Source of the DNA: Azolla caroliniana
Taxonomy: Eukaryota; Plantae; Polypodiophyta
DNA length: 64,000 nt
Assembly (NCBI GenBank): GCA_043228905.1
Contig: JBHGNT010000004.1
Coordinates: 5,394,001-5,458,000, forward strand
Direction: 5' to 3'
Of the stretch, positions 22,407-36,039 are shown piece after piece. The notes under the pieces are model-generated. The model worked only from the letters and a program-made list of their open reading frames with translations, did not search any database and was not told where the DNA came from. Position numbers and translations under genes: made by a program. How positions within the stretch are numbered: the stretch's first letter is position 1; each line of letters starts with the position of its first letter.

Positions 22407-23310
22407 ACAAAAAGTGAACACAAATAAAATGGAATCTTTTGGGAATCTTTAGAGAATCTTAACAAACGGTTAAAAGAAGATACCTGGCAAATTTCTCTGC
22501 CTTGTTCATTGTAAAAGAATACGTTGTCGTGAAGATTTCGGCCCATAGTGAGAAATCGAAAAATGTTGGAAGGATCGGCAAGGTGCACCATGTGCACCCA
22601 CCCTTGTACAAAATTAGCATAGGGGCTAGGGGTTGCCTTTGTGGCGCCGAATAGGCAATAAAGTTGGGACAGAGGATCCCATGTAATATGGGATTTATCC
22701 CACATTGTAACCTCCTTCCCTCCTTGGGCTATAAAATGAAGGAAGGGGACTCTTGTATGGGGTTGCCCATTTTGAGTTAGGAGGGTATATTGTTAGATTT
22801 AGGGTTAGGTAGTTTCTTTCTTCTTCTCCTTCTTCTTCTTCTTTGTCGTCATGTGGGTTGAGAGTTCGTGTCTGTTTAGGGTTTGCTTCGGCTCGGTCCC
22901 TTGTGCAAGACCCCGCTCGGCGCGACGAGCCCGAGAGCTCCCCCGATCGGCGGCTTGGCAGCAGACTGTCGTTGCAACCTACCCTACCTTGGTCCGGCTC
23001 GAAGCCGGGGTTGTATCTCTTCCATTGTAATATATATATATGTTTGGTTGTGCACATCCGCGTCTCTGGTAGTGTCGAGTGTTCCCACCCCTTTTTGTTT
23101 TCCGTGCATAAGAGTCAGTGTAGTGCGCACAAGCTCTCTCACTCTCACTCTCTCTCTCGAGTTCGGTTGCCTCCAGGACATGTCCAGAGTTGGTTTCTCG
23201 GCATCCCTTCCTCCCTCATCCGAGACCCCCGTGGTCCCGCCCCTTCTACACGCACACGCATAACAAGGCGACATCTTTGGTGAACCCGATGTGAAGGGAG
23301 GCAAGCGAGA

Positions 23311-23910
23311 ATGGAGTTGGAAGAAGACGACTTCGCACAACTTTTTGTTGAAGCGGTCAGGGAGTTTGGACGAGCAACAACAAGAAGAGAGACAGTGCAG
23401 CAAGCTATTGAGCGAGTGGTTGAAAGAGTCGGTTGTTTCAACGGGGACAAAGTCCCATTCTACTTGGAGGCCTACAACATAGAAAAGGAGGAGCGAGACA
23501 TAGACGAGGCGTTGAGGCTGGAGTTCTTCTGTCGAGTTGTCGTTGTCCGTATGCATGTGGAAGTGAAGGAGCTCTGAGAAGCTCATAGTTCGTGCGAGGC
23601 CTTCGAAGAGGCGCTCCTGCAGGCATATGGAGGACGGCGGAAGAGCCGGGGACGACGCGACTTCGACCAATGGGTAGCATCGGCGAAGACCCATCGGGGC
23701 GCAACAAAGGCATTCCGAGAGTTCAAGCGACGGCTTGCTCAGCTCCCGGAGTGGGAGCAATGTTTGGTGGGGGTGGACAAAGTCTTGTTCGTTAGGTCGA
23801 TCGACCGACCGGAACAGGAGGCCATTGGGATTGAGCTCAAAGACGAGGACGGAGCAAATGGCCTTACGGAGGATTGCTCGAAGGTCTGAAGGGTATGCCA
23901 ACAGCTAGAT
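23311..23910 (+). pseudogene. G2 degenerate gag
   Basis: QAIERVVERVGCFNGDKVPFYLEAY and ..VLFVRSID.. align with G1 Gag RAIEAVVGTIGRFDGKDATKYLASY and VLLFVKSVD; contains stops and frameshifts. Confidence 0.75.
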
Positions 23911-25400
23911 GACGAGTGAGCCGAGAAGGCTAGGAGGAAGCCGCGCGACGGCGCGCCATCGCAACGGGAAGAGGTCGAATGGCAAAGAGAGTCGGCAAGG
24001 CTTGGCTTCAGGGCCAGGATTGCAGAGGCATACGCAGCTTTCGAGGCAATGCTCGAGGAAGAGGAAAGATCGAGGCTGTAAGCTGACGCCGAGGAGGCGG
24101 ACTTGCCCCACAAGATGGCAGAAGATCGGTACCACGGTACCACGGGAGAGGGTGCGGAACAAAACGCCCTCTCGGCTTGCGGAGATAGAACGGCCAAGGA
24201 CAAGGCTGAGATACCAATTGCAGAATCGGAACGTTGGGACCGGCAGTTTCGGGCGCGTCATCCCAAAACTCCGGACGTTGGAGAAGCAAGGTCAGGCATG
24301 GCTTGCGCGATCAGTAAGAAGATGACCACCGACCACGAGGAGCCGGTGGCTACAAACAAGGGCGTAAACAGGACGAGCGATTCTATACGTCTTCCCACAC
24401 TTGCTCCCGAGACAATGGCAGTCGGGTCCGAGTGCCCACGTGAGTCCCAAGAGGAGGAAAGCGACAACAAGAGACCGAGAATCACCGACAAAACGATACG
24501 GGGAAGGAACGGACAAGAGCCCTCGGGACCGATTCTGGAGAACTCGGCAATCGGGCCCTTACACCCATGTGAGACCGAGGACATGGGTGACAGTATCGAG
24601 GAATCCTGGCACGATGCCAGCGAAGAAGGATGGGAAATGGCGCACGAAAAGGTTGACGAAGAGACCAAGAAATGACCCGACTGGGAACCGAACCGCGCGG
24701 CACTCCGATTCGGTTGGAGCGCGATCCGGTCGTGGATTATTCGATCGGGGCCAGAATCGGCATGAGGTTGCTGATATGGAAGAGGGTGCGGAATGAGCCG
24801 CCCTCTTTTACATGGGGAGAAAGACCGACCGGGCGAAGGTCGGGGATAGGGGATCAGAGGGAGGTGATCAAGGGTTCGGAACGCGTCCGGCAGGATCGGC
24901 ATCGGAGCCAAAACTCCGGACATTGGAGAATCAAGCCCAGGTGGGGCTTGATTGATCACAGAGTGGATGCTATCCACCGGCACCACTAGAAGGGTTGGTG
25001 GCCCCAGATGAGTCGTCGAGATTCATTACGAAATCGGTGTCCCCACATCTTGACCGGACACTTCGGCAGTTCGAGCCAACATGGCAACGATAGACTGAAA
25101 GAGATGGAAGATGGAGGCAGGAACACAGCAAGGAGAGTGACGACGAATCCGGTAAAAGTACAAGGGACGAAGCGGAGAGTGAGGACCGGTCCTATGGGTC
25201 ACCTCACACCGGGCTAGAGACTTCGGCGGTCGGCATCGGATCCGACGTAAGGCCAAGATACTGACGGTGGCGGCAGGAGAACGAGACTCGGTAATGCTGA
25301 GTGACGGTCGGACCCGGACGAGAACCGGGCGGAGCGGACTTCCGAATAACCGATCCAGAAGGGAGGAAGAGGCAGGCCTACAAAGAGGCCGGGAACACGG

Positions 25401-28400
25401 TGTCACGTTGTTACACACATGCATGGAGAACGAGGCAGGACAACCGAGGCCTCGGACCGAGAAATAACCGAATGAAGGGAGGGGAAGGACTCTTACGATG
25501 TAATTCACACACGCACAAACCCACAAAATCAAAGGAATTCCAATTAGCTATAGAACGCCAGATGGAGATAGAACGAACGTTTATGTATGTATATATAAAT
25601 CAAGGTGTTCCAACCGGCAAGCTGGCGAGTGATGGGCACCGACGCCTACGTGCGCGCACACACACACACACACATAGAACACGAGATGGAGACTCTGCCG
25701 GTAGCACTTGGGCGTCCTGCGGAGAAGAGTCCGCCTCCCAAAACCTGCACAGAACAATTAAAGGGGAGACGGAGGAGAGGAGAAGGGCTTGGTCCCTGTC
25801 GAGCAGCACTTCGTCCTCTGCTAAAACGTGATATATTTTCAATACCTCTCCCTCTCTTTTATAGCCTATGGAGAGAGGTCGTTACCATCCATCATATCAT
25901 GTTTATTCCCTATCCTTTCGGAAAGGGATACGCCTCAATTCTCTCCCTACTGAATGCGCGCTACTTAGGATTTCACCTCGGGCAACTTGTACCTACCTAC
26001 GAACTATACAACAAAACTTGTGCCCACGTGTAAGGGCCGGTTTATGCACGTTATACTCGGTTTCCGCTTAGGGACAGTTTTCTCCACGACATCCACCCCC
26101 CCCTAACCGTGCATCCACCGGTATGCGCCAAAATGAGACTCCTACCGGAGAATACCGGCCCACGCTTATCGTTCGTCTTCCGGATCGGCATCCGTCCCAA
26201 CCGGTCGTTGTCGCTATCCGGGTCGCCCGGGTCCGGTTTAGCCTCGTGCCGCTTTTTGAAGGCTTTGATCCTCTTCCCCGCCACCGGTACCGCCATCCTT
26301 GTCCCGTTGAGCTCTGCGAGATGGTAGGTCCCATTGTTGTTGGCACTTGTCACCGCATAAGGCCTGAACCACCTTCTTGCAAACTTCCGCGTTGCCCAGT
26401 GTTGGTTGTCGAGGCTGATGTCATACACTAGAACCCAGTCGCCTTCCTCGATCTTTTTTGGTCTCAGTCTGTGAGTCTGGTCGAACCGTCCTTTGTTCTT
26501 TACCCTCGCCACCCGTAGCTTCTCCGCGGCTCAATCCACGTCCTCCGGTCTTCGTTCCAGCTGCCGAATTTGTGCCGCTAACAACTCCTCCCCGCTCATC
26601 TCGTTGTTCCAATCCACTGTGGCCCACGAGGAGATTGTCTGCTCCGTTGGCATGATCGGCTTCTGCCTGTACATTAGCTCTGCCGACATGAACCGGTTAC
26701 CGAATTGTGCGTAGTTCAGTCCGCCCACAACGCGTAGGGTAGGAGTCGCGGCCAGTTCCCGACTTGGCCTCCACATGCCCGTACTAACGCTTTGACAATC
26801 GGCCCATGTCCACGCTCCACCTTCCCGTTGGCCTCCCGATTGTACGCCGCGGTGAGCGAGAGTTTAATTCCTAGCCATCCAAATAGCTCTTCCACCTCTT
26901 GCGTGTCCAATTCCCCGCGGTCGGCCACGATCTTCCCAACGCACCCATACCGACATACCACTTCTTCGATCAGAAATCTGCACACGGCCACGGTCGTTTT
27001 GCTCTGCAACGCTCAGCCTTCCACCTCATTCATCAGGTCCTCCCGAGCCAGCACCAGATACCGCATATGCCCTACCCCCGTCGGCATCGTCACCAGATCC
27101 ACCATCCACTTGAAGTGGACAGTCGGAGGGTAGGTTGGGTGGAGCTCGTCCCGATGTCGGACTATGGAGTGCACTTGACAACTTTTGCAAGTTATCACGA
27201 ATCGATGCACGTTCCGGTATAGTCCCGGCCACCAGCACTTCCCCTTTAGCTTCTCGAATGTGGCCCACGTCCCGCGGTGTCCGGCCCAAGGACTCTCATG
27301 GTACGCTGTCAGCAATTCTTCCTGTTCCTCTTTCTTCGCCACTACTCGGAGCGGGATACCGCCTCTCTTCTTCGGGTGCTTCGATATGCTCCCATCCCGT
27401 AGAAAGAATCGGTACGCTTTCTTCCGAATCCGGTTTGCCTCTTCTTTCGTCCATGCCGCGTCTGGTGTCATTGCCTTCAGGAACCCGCCGATCTGGAGCC
27501 ACTCGCCGTCGTACTTGCTCTCGTCGAATTCGTTAAACGCCGAAGTGCCCCCCTTTCTTGTTGTTACGTTGGCTGACCCGATGAAATCTTCGCCGACTTC
27601 CTCGTTATCTGAAACCATGTCGTCCTCGTCACTGAAACGCGCCCTCGAAAGCATATCGGCCATGGCATTATCTTTTCCGGAGATGTGCCGTATCTCCGGG
27701 TTCAAGGACTTGATGTACGCGATCCACCTGAGCATCGCCAAGTCCGGAGTCGCGCATCCGGAAACCATACCTAGAATCGGTAGGCAGTCCATCTCGATGA
27801 TCACTTCCGTCCCGATCAAATAGTCCTTGTCGGCCTTGACTGCCGAAGCGATACCCCAAAGCTCGCTTAACTTGGGAGTATCCTCGCTGCCGCTCGCTCA
27901 ATACCTTCGCCCCGAACCAGATCAGGAACCGTACGTCGCCCTTGTCCTCCTAACTGATTACCCTCCCGATCCCGGTCGGGCTCGTGTCCACCATTACGCA
28001 GATGGGGACTTCCTTGTCGTAAACCGCTTTTCGAAGAGCCGGTGTCGTGGCAAGCGCCTCCTTCATCCTCCGGACCAACTCCGTGGGCTCTATCCTCCAC
28101 TCGAACCTACGCCCTTTCTTCAATAACCCGTAGAGCGGCTCCGCGGCATGCGCGTAGTGCGGAATCCAGATGTGGTAGAACGCGCACGCCCCCAAGAATC
28201 TGCAGACCTCCGTAACCGACCTGCAGTCGTCCTTCATCGCGGAGATGGCTTCTACCTTCGCCGGGGACGGTTTACGGCCATAGGGCCCACACAGGTGTCC
28301 GACTACCGGGATCTCCAGCTGTCCGAAGGCTGATTTTTCTCCAGAGAAGGTGAGCCGCGCGCTCTCGAGTCTTTGTAGCACCTTCTTGCAGTCACGGATG

Positions 28401-31400
28401 TGGTCCGTCACGAACCTCCGGCAACCGTCGGGCCCGACAGACTCATCCTTGTCCTCCACTGGACATCCTTTGATTGGTATGTCATCCAGAAATGGCATGG
28501 TGATGTCCGAGATGCAGTCCCTCAACACCTTGTTCATCGCATTCACAATGTGCGCCACCGAGTTCGTTCCTCCTTGCGGCAGCATACACATTCGAACTAG
28601 GTCGAGAGGAGTCCGCATCATCCTGACATCCCTGCTCTCTACGGCTAGTTGGAACTTATCGTACCCTGAGTACAGATCCCCAACCGAGTAGATTTACCTC
28701 CCTGCAAAGGCCTCCATGAACTCATCGATGGTCGGTCTGATACCTGCGTTTCGAATGGTCACCTTGTTGATCGGCTACAGGTCCTGTATGAAGCGCAGTG
28801 TGCCGTTCTTATTCGGCACGGTAAACCACCGATTCGAATATGGGGCACTCGACGGTTCGAGGATGCCCATCTCCACCTTCTGTTTCAGCAGCTCCATCAG
28901 CTTCGGGATGTGAACTCTGGGTACCGGAATCGGCATGAGATTCCACGGCACATGTGGTACCGTGAAGATCACCATCGGTTCCACAACCTTCGAGTCTACG
29001 CACCCGATCTCCTCCGGTGAGAATGCAAAAGCTTTCCCGTGCCTCCCGAGCATTCTCCGAAACCGGTCCTCTTCCGCCGGCAGTAGAAAACCGCCCCCAC
29101 CAATCTTGAGCTCCCGTAGCGTTATGTCGGTGAACGTGTGTCCTATGCTGACCGGATCTCGTAAACTTGGCTCCGATGTGACCCCCTTTATCCGTAACTC
29201 GCTACCCTCTGGCAAGGGTGCCGCGACTAGCCTAACCTTCCGGTCCACAATCTTGTACTTAGTATCCACTCGGGTCGTCCGATCCGACTCGAGTCCACTA
29301 CTGAAGTCGGCGATGACTTCGTACATCCTTTCCGAGCATACCGGAATCGTCCGGTCCGCATTAAGGCCTTCTCCGAACACCTCCCGTAACTTCCCCAAGG
29401 TGTCGTCGAAAGAGACCGCCTCCACGGCTCCGCTAATTTCTTTTTCAAGCTCGACGACTCCGCATGCCCAGAGTCGCTCCTCCGCCCATTTCTTTTCCCG
29501 GCCTACTACGCCGGCTACCGTACAACCACCGCTATCAGAAAACCAAAATTTCCTACCTATGGTACAAGTCTTTTCGCCTATAGTACATCTGTGGGGTTTT
29601 TCCGAGGTATTTGGACTATTGCGGCCCCACACCTTGATAGCCCTCTCTAAAAATCCTCTCGGTTTTCGGCACCGAGGGTCTCGCGGTTATGCTCATGGTT
29701 TGGTCGCACCGTCAGGAACTAGACCGAGTGACGCCCATCCTAGCTCTTGACTCGTGCATATGCCGAACCGTTGTCTAGCACCTTTGTCTCCATGCGCGCC
29801 GCCGTGATGTACGGTTCTCCGAGTATCACCGGATGCAAGGACGTCTCCTACACAAAGAAGTGTTGGTCAATCTCGACGTCGCCGATTTTGACTCGTACAT
29901 TCGGGCAGGCTCCGTGTAACTCTTCCGTGGCACGCGTTGCTGCCCGTATCTTCCACCCGTGCTTGGTGTTGATCGGCCACTTTCCCTTCTTGTAGAAGTC
30001 CATGGACATCAGGTTGATCTCTGAATCGTGGTCTACCAACGCTACTACGGGCTCCTGAACATCCCCGATCTGAACAGGGGTTTCCGTAGTGGCCCTAGCC
30101 CAATGTAGCCTCGAGTAGTGGCTTTCCGCCAACTCGTCCTCCAGGGCCATGTCTTCTAGGTGAGTCGTTCGCACCTCCACCGGCTTCCCTGCCTCCGGTT
30201 CCGTTGAAAGCCTTTTCCGCTTTACCAAGTCTACAATGGAGTCGTGGAATTCCTTCTTGGCGATACCGAGCACTTCCCTTAGCGACAACTCCACTTTGTT
30301 GTCGAGGATCCGTTCCTCCAGGACCTTCCATAGGTCCGTGATCCTTTCGATCTCCGTGCTCAACCGATAACCGGCCTTCTTGGCCTTGTCCGGCGCGTCG
30401 GATGCACCTACATCACTCTGCTTCGGCCCGAACCAGGTCTCATACCGTTGCGAGGGTTCGGCCCCCTCGATCTTTCCCGCTCGCTTGTCTTCCACCAAAA
30501 CCTCGTAGTTCTGGCACGTGGTTTCCACGAAGCCCATCTTCTCTTCGACCGGGTCACTCCACCCGGTTACCTCCCGGACCCGTCTTTCCGCGCGGTCCGC
30601 TTCCTCTTTCCTCAGTCATACGCTGGTGAGGTCTTCCAGCACCACTGGCCAGAATCCGGCTTCTTTCGTCTTCCGGTCTTCATCGCTTCCGACCTAGATT
30701 CCAGCCGACGCCGAGTAGTGGATGGTCTCCGCGTGACGAGCCGCCACTTCTTCCATCAGCCGTTTCATACCCCCTCGTCCGACATTTAGATCCAGGGCCC
30801 TCCAGGTCTCACTAGCGTGCACCCGACCGTTCCATAGGTACACCACGTTAGCATTTATCGCTTCGGCGAAATCCCCGCAGTCCTTTCGGGCGTGGCCGAC
30901 CGCGTCATGCCACAAGCACCAGTTCCCAGCCGGAGGCCTTCGATCGTGGACTTGTTCGTCGCCATCCCTCTGTGCTTGCGCGATCTGGAGGTCCCTCACC
31001 ATCTAAGTCAGCTCCTCCAAAGCCACTCCTCCGGACGAGCCTTTGACCATGCCGGTTGAAGTCGAGTCGGTCTCGGGTCTCTCCCCTTCGCGCCGGTGGG
31101 GGTACCTCGACCTTCCTTGTCGCAACAGAACCTGCCCCCGTCGAGCCTTTATCGACCCACTCACGTCGTTTGTCAAAGCGGCCGCAGACTCTCTTTACCA
31201 TGGCCCAATTGGTTGTTAGGCCGTCATCGGTCTCTAGCAGGAAGCCCACTTGCTCCCGGTCCCTTGCATCCACCGATTTAACAAACAATAGGACACGACT
31301 CGTGTCCAGCACGGTCCGGTCCAGCGCCGAAAGTCATGCGAAGTGTTCTCCAAACTCCCGAAGGAGCACCGATATGTTTCTCCCCTTTTCGGGGTCTCCA

Positions 31401-32496
31401 CCCATTCCATGAAGTCTCTCTTGGACAGCCGGAGCGTGTCATCAAGCCTGTATTTTTCAAGGAGCCGACCTTCAAACTGTTCCCAGGTCCGACGCTCAGC
31501 CCGTACCTCAAGCACCTCCGTGTGGATGCCCGGCATCACCACCCGAGGGAATCCGGCCAGTCGCCTGTCCTTTGGGATGTCCCTCATCACCATTTCGGCT
31601 CAGTAGGCCTCCAAATAGCTCGTGGCGTCCTTCCCACAGAACCGGCCTATCGTGCCAACGACCGCTTCAATAGCCCTATCGAGGGCGCCTATGCCTTCGC
31701 GCGCATTCACTATCTGATCCACACCCGAAGCCATGGCTTTTGCAAGATCCGACCCTCTCATCTTTCTATTCCTCTGTCGCCTTTTCACATCAGGTTCACC
31801 AAATATGTCGCGTTGTTACGCGCGTACGTGGAGAACGAGGCAGGACCACCGGGGCCTCGGACCGAGAAATAACCGAATGAAGGGAGGGGAAGGACTCTTA
31901 CGATGTAATTCACACGCGCACAGACCCACAGAATCACCGGAATTGCAATTAGCTACAAAACGCCAGATGGAGACAGAATGAACGTTTACGTATGTATATA
32001 TAAATCAACGTGTTACAACCGGCAAGCCGGCGAGTGATGGGCACCAACGCCTACGCACACGCACACACACACACACACACAGAACGCGAGATGGAGACTC
32101 TGCCGGTAGCACTCGAGCGTCCCGCAGAGTAGAGTCAGCCTCCCAAAACCTGCACAGAACAATTAAAGGGGGGACGGAGGAGAGGAGAAGGGCTTGGTCC
32201 CTGTCTAGCAGCACTTCGTCCTCTGTTAAAACGCGATATATTTTCCATACCTCTCCCTCTCTTTTATAGCCTATGGAGAGAGGCCGTTACCATCTGTCAC
32301 ATCATGTTTATTCCCTGTCCTTTCGGACAGGGATACACCTCGATTCTCTCCCTACTGAATGTGTGCTACTTAGGATTTCACCTCAGGCGACTTGTACCTA
32401 CCTACGGACTATACAACAAAACTTGTGCCCACGTGTAAGGGCCAGTTTACGCACATTATACTCGATTTCTACCTAGGGACGGTTTTCTCCACGACA
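25401..32496 (-). mobile_element. Degenerate full-length gypsy G3, G1 relative (4-bp TSD ACGG)
   Basis: 691-bp LTRs at 31806-32496 and 25401-26091; PBS TGGTGAACCTGATGTGAA at 31784-31801; ACGG at 25397-25400 and 32497-32500. Confidence 0.95.
26170..31761 (-). pseudogene. G3 gag-PR / RT-RH-INT pseudogene
   Basis: Fragmented ORFs closely match G1 proteins (MRGSDLAKAMAS, LPQGGTNSVAH, FLDDIPIKG, integrase), with many stops. Confidence 0.93.
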
Positions 32497-32568
32497 ACGG
32501 TATGACGGTGCCACGAGGGAGAGTGTGGAGCAAGCCACCCTCTCGACATGCGGATAAGGGTGACCCGG

Positions 32569-33282
32569 TGTCATGAAGATTTTCGTCCATAGGGGGAAAA
32601 CCGAGCGGAGTGAGCAAAACCGGGGTGTGCAACGTTGCACATGCACATGATGTACTTGTAAATATTAATAAGAACAAATGTAAATTGTAAGAAATACACC
32701 ACAAGATTCCTAAATGTAAATGTGATGTGCACTTATGTGCACATCCACATGAGGAAGAGAGTGGTACATAGGAGTACGAGGTGAGTAAGGGGCATAGTAG
32801 TATGTGTGAGGAGTGGGAGTTAGGGCCCCATCAATCCCTCCTCCAAGAATCCAAGGAAATATCCCCCATTGAATGAAGGGGATATTTAGTCTCTCCCTTT
32901 TGTAACGGCTTCCTCTCCTTATGCTATAAAAGGAGAGGAAGGGGCACCATTGAAAGGGTTGCCTATTTTGAGTGAGAAGAGGTATACCACTTAGGTCGAG
33001 GGTTTCTATTCGGTTTAGGGTTTCTTCATTTCTTTCTTTACTTATCCGATTAGGGTTTACATTCTACTTATGTTTTTAGTCCGGCCCACGTGGCCGCGGT
33101 TGTAATCGCATTGAGGTTTTCATGCCCATAATATACATAACTTCTTAAATCTTGTCTCTTTCTACTTTCTCTACCGTGTTAATCTCTTCCACTTTGCTCA
33201 TACCCGTCTTCCCATCTACTCCCTAGTCCAAGACCCTCGTGGTCCCGCCTTATTCTACACGCACGCGCGTAGTAACGCGACA
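32569..33282 (+). mobile_element. Solo LTR of the G1/G2 clan (4-bp TSD CCGG)
   Basis: TGTCATGAAGAT...GTGGTCCCGCC...CGCGACA resembles the G1/G2 LTR ends; CCGG at 32565-32568 and 33283-33286. Confidence 0.88.
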
Positions 33283-33319
33283 CCGGGAAAGGGTCGGGAA
33301 GACAAATCGAGGCCCAAGG

Positions 33320-33875
33320 AGGATCCTTCGCACCAGATCTAGAGACTTCGGCAGTCGGCAGCGGAGCCGACGTAAGACCAGGAGACGGACGGTGGCGGCG
33401 AGGGTACGAGGGAAAAGGGGCAGCCAATGGGTGTTCCTATGGGATCCTCACACCGATCCGGAGACACCGTTAGTCCAAGCCAACATGGTAACGTGAGACC
33501 GAGCATGAAGGAGGGTGGCGGCAGGAAACGAGAACTGGCGATGTGGGAAGTGTGGATGGGCGATCCTATGGCGATACTTACACCGATCCGGAGACACCGG
33601 CAGTTCAAGCCGACATGGCAACGTGAGACCCAGTGAGAAGGACGGTGGCGGCAGGTGAACGGGATCAGGCAAAAGGAGCGGCAAGGAGGTATGAGGCCGG
33701 CGAGGCAGCCACAACCCAAAACCAGACCTTTCGACAAGGTCGATGGGAGGTGGACGAAGAAGAAAAGGGAAGGCGTTCCTACGACGATCCTTACACCAAT
33801 CCGGAGACACATTTCAAGCCGACATGGCAATGTGAGATCGAGTGTGAAGGACGGTGGCGGCAGGAAGCGGGAACC
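33320..33875 (+). repeat. Degenerate tandem repeats in the G2 internal region
   Basis: GATCC(T/C)TACACCGATCCGGAGACAC...GGACGGTGGCGGCAGG-like units near 33322, 33443, 33573 and 33786, with another copy near 25200. Confidence 0.7.
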
Positions 33876-36039
33876 GACGATGCAGGAAGAGCGGACCGAG
33901 AGCTGGCAAGGCCGGAGTTGATGAGGGCCGAAACCCTTACCGGCTGGTTACGGTTTCGGAAGGAAGCCGGTGGGGGGGGTAAGCACGGGGCGAAATAAGA
34001 GATCTGCGAGTGGCCATCGAGGGCCAAAGCAAGCACGAGTACGGGATGGCGTTGGGTAGAGACCGTGCCGAACAAGCATGGTGGAGGACACCGCACGACG
34101 CGGCGACCATAAAAGGAACAAGGAGCACATAATGAGGTCACCTAAGGACCGAAGAACGAGCACGCATTCGGGGAACGATAACGGCACACAGGAAGAACCT
34201 GCAGAAGGCGAACGGGAGATGTTCGGGATGTAGAAACAATCGAACCAACGGAGGGACACGAGCACGCGGAGGTGTCAAAAAGAAAGTACGCGCGCGGTGG
34301 ATGGTTGACAGAGGCAAGCGGGCCACGACGAATGTTCCTCAAGCGTAGAACACCAGGCGCACGGTGGAGAGCGGAGCGTGCCTACGGCCGAGCGGAGGGC
34401 CAACAACGGGGCATGCATACAAGGGGGTCGCGGCGGACGACCTATTGACGGGTCGAACAAACCTACCGAGAGGCAAGCGCAAAGGAGGAACCGGAACCGA
34501 CGGTTCAAACCGGCAGCAGTCGACGCGGCAAGCCGGGATGCAGGTCACGGGGGACCAATTTCTCACCAACCCGAATCTTTCGCCTTTCTCCGGATTTGGC
34601 ACGTACCAGTGGACTTGCGGTTTGGTGGGGGTGAATGTCGTGAAGATTTCAGGCCACGGTGAGAAATCGGAGAATGTTGGAAGGATCGGCAAGGTGCACC
34701 ATTTGCACCCACCCTTGTACAGAATTAGCATAGGGGCTAGGGGGTGCCTTCGTGGCGCCGAATAGGATCCCATGTAATATGGGATTTATCCCACATTGTA
34801 ACCTCCTTCCCTCCTTGGGCTATAAAATGAAGGAAGGGGACTCTTGTATGGGGTTGCCCATTTTGAGTTAGGAGGGTATATCGTTAGATTTAGGCTTAGG
34901 TAGTTTCTTTCTTCTTCTCCTTCTTCTTCTTCTTCGTCGTCGTGTGGGTTGAGAGTTCGTGTCTGTTTAGGGTTTGCTTCGGCTCGGTCCCTTGTGCAAG
35001 ACCCCGCTCGGCGCGACGAGCCCGAGAGCTCCCCCGATCGGCGGCTTGGCAACAGACTGTCGTTGCAACCCACCCTACCTTGGTCCGGCTCGAAGCCGGG
35101 GTTGTATCTCTTCCATTGTAATATATATATATATATATATATATGTTTGGTTGTGCACATCCGTGTCTCTGGTAGTGTCGGGTGTTCCCACCCCTTTTTG
35201 TTTTCCGTGCATAAGAGTCGGTATAGCGCGCGCAAGCTCTCTCTCTCTCTCACTCTCTCCCTCGTGTTTAGTTGCCTCCGAGACATGTCTGGAGTTGGTT
35301 TCTCGGCATCCCTTCCTCCCTCGTCTGAGACCCCAATGGTCCTGCCCCTTCTACACGCACGCGCGTAACAACGCCACAACGTGTGCGTAAACACAGAGTA
35401 CATACACAGTTTGGAAATAAGACAATTCGGTAAACTCAGAAAACACAGAGACGGAGATGGAGAGAGAGAGAGAGAGAGAGTAGACACTCAATTCTATTTC
35501 AAAAAATGACACTCTGTACATACTTCGTGCTCAGTGAGCACCTTTTATACAAGCCCTGACTATCGGGCTGACACAAGTACTGACAGTACTTGACTAGTCA
35601 TAAATGAGCCTCCTACACTAACTCCCAAAATTATTCCTTACGAGGAATACCGTACTAACGGCCTTTCGGTTTATGCACCGATATGGCCACGTTATGCGTA
35701 CTGTTTTACGCACCTAGTCTACGCACTAGGTTATGCACCGTGTTACGCACCCAATGTTGAGCTTGTCACTCAACACTCCCCCTCAAGCTCAACTTGAGGT
35801 TCCGTCCGCTCTTCCAAATCTACGTTCCGGTTCCTTCTGGCTTCACGCCTCGCTCGCGCTCCTCGACCCGTTCGATTCCGCGCGCTTCGACCCTTCCGGT
35901 CGGCTTGTCTGCTTGTTCGGCCCTTCTCGGCTCCCTTGCTGTCACGGTGTTGGCGCGTCCTTCACTGCCCTTTTCTCCGCTTGGCCCTCAATCAATTCAT
36001 AATAACCAAATCGAACATTTCGATTGAGTCGAACGTTTC

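Larger units (their letters stand above)
22525..35378 (+). mobile_element. Non-autonomous gypsy G2 (gag-like remnant, no pol; 4-bp TSD ACGT)
   Basis: LTRs 22525-23273 and 34636-35378; Trp PBS 23278-23295; PPT 34619-34635; ACGT at 22521-22524 and 35379-35382. About 3.5 kb of its own internal DNA shows no RT/RH/INT motifs. Confidence 0.9.

Noticed and set aside
24103-24986. 190-242 aa ORFs in G2 as captured genes
   Set aside because: Low-information GC-rich sequence, open on both strands, with no recognisable domain.
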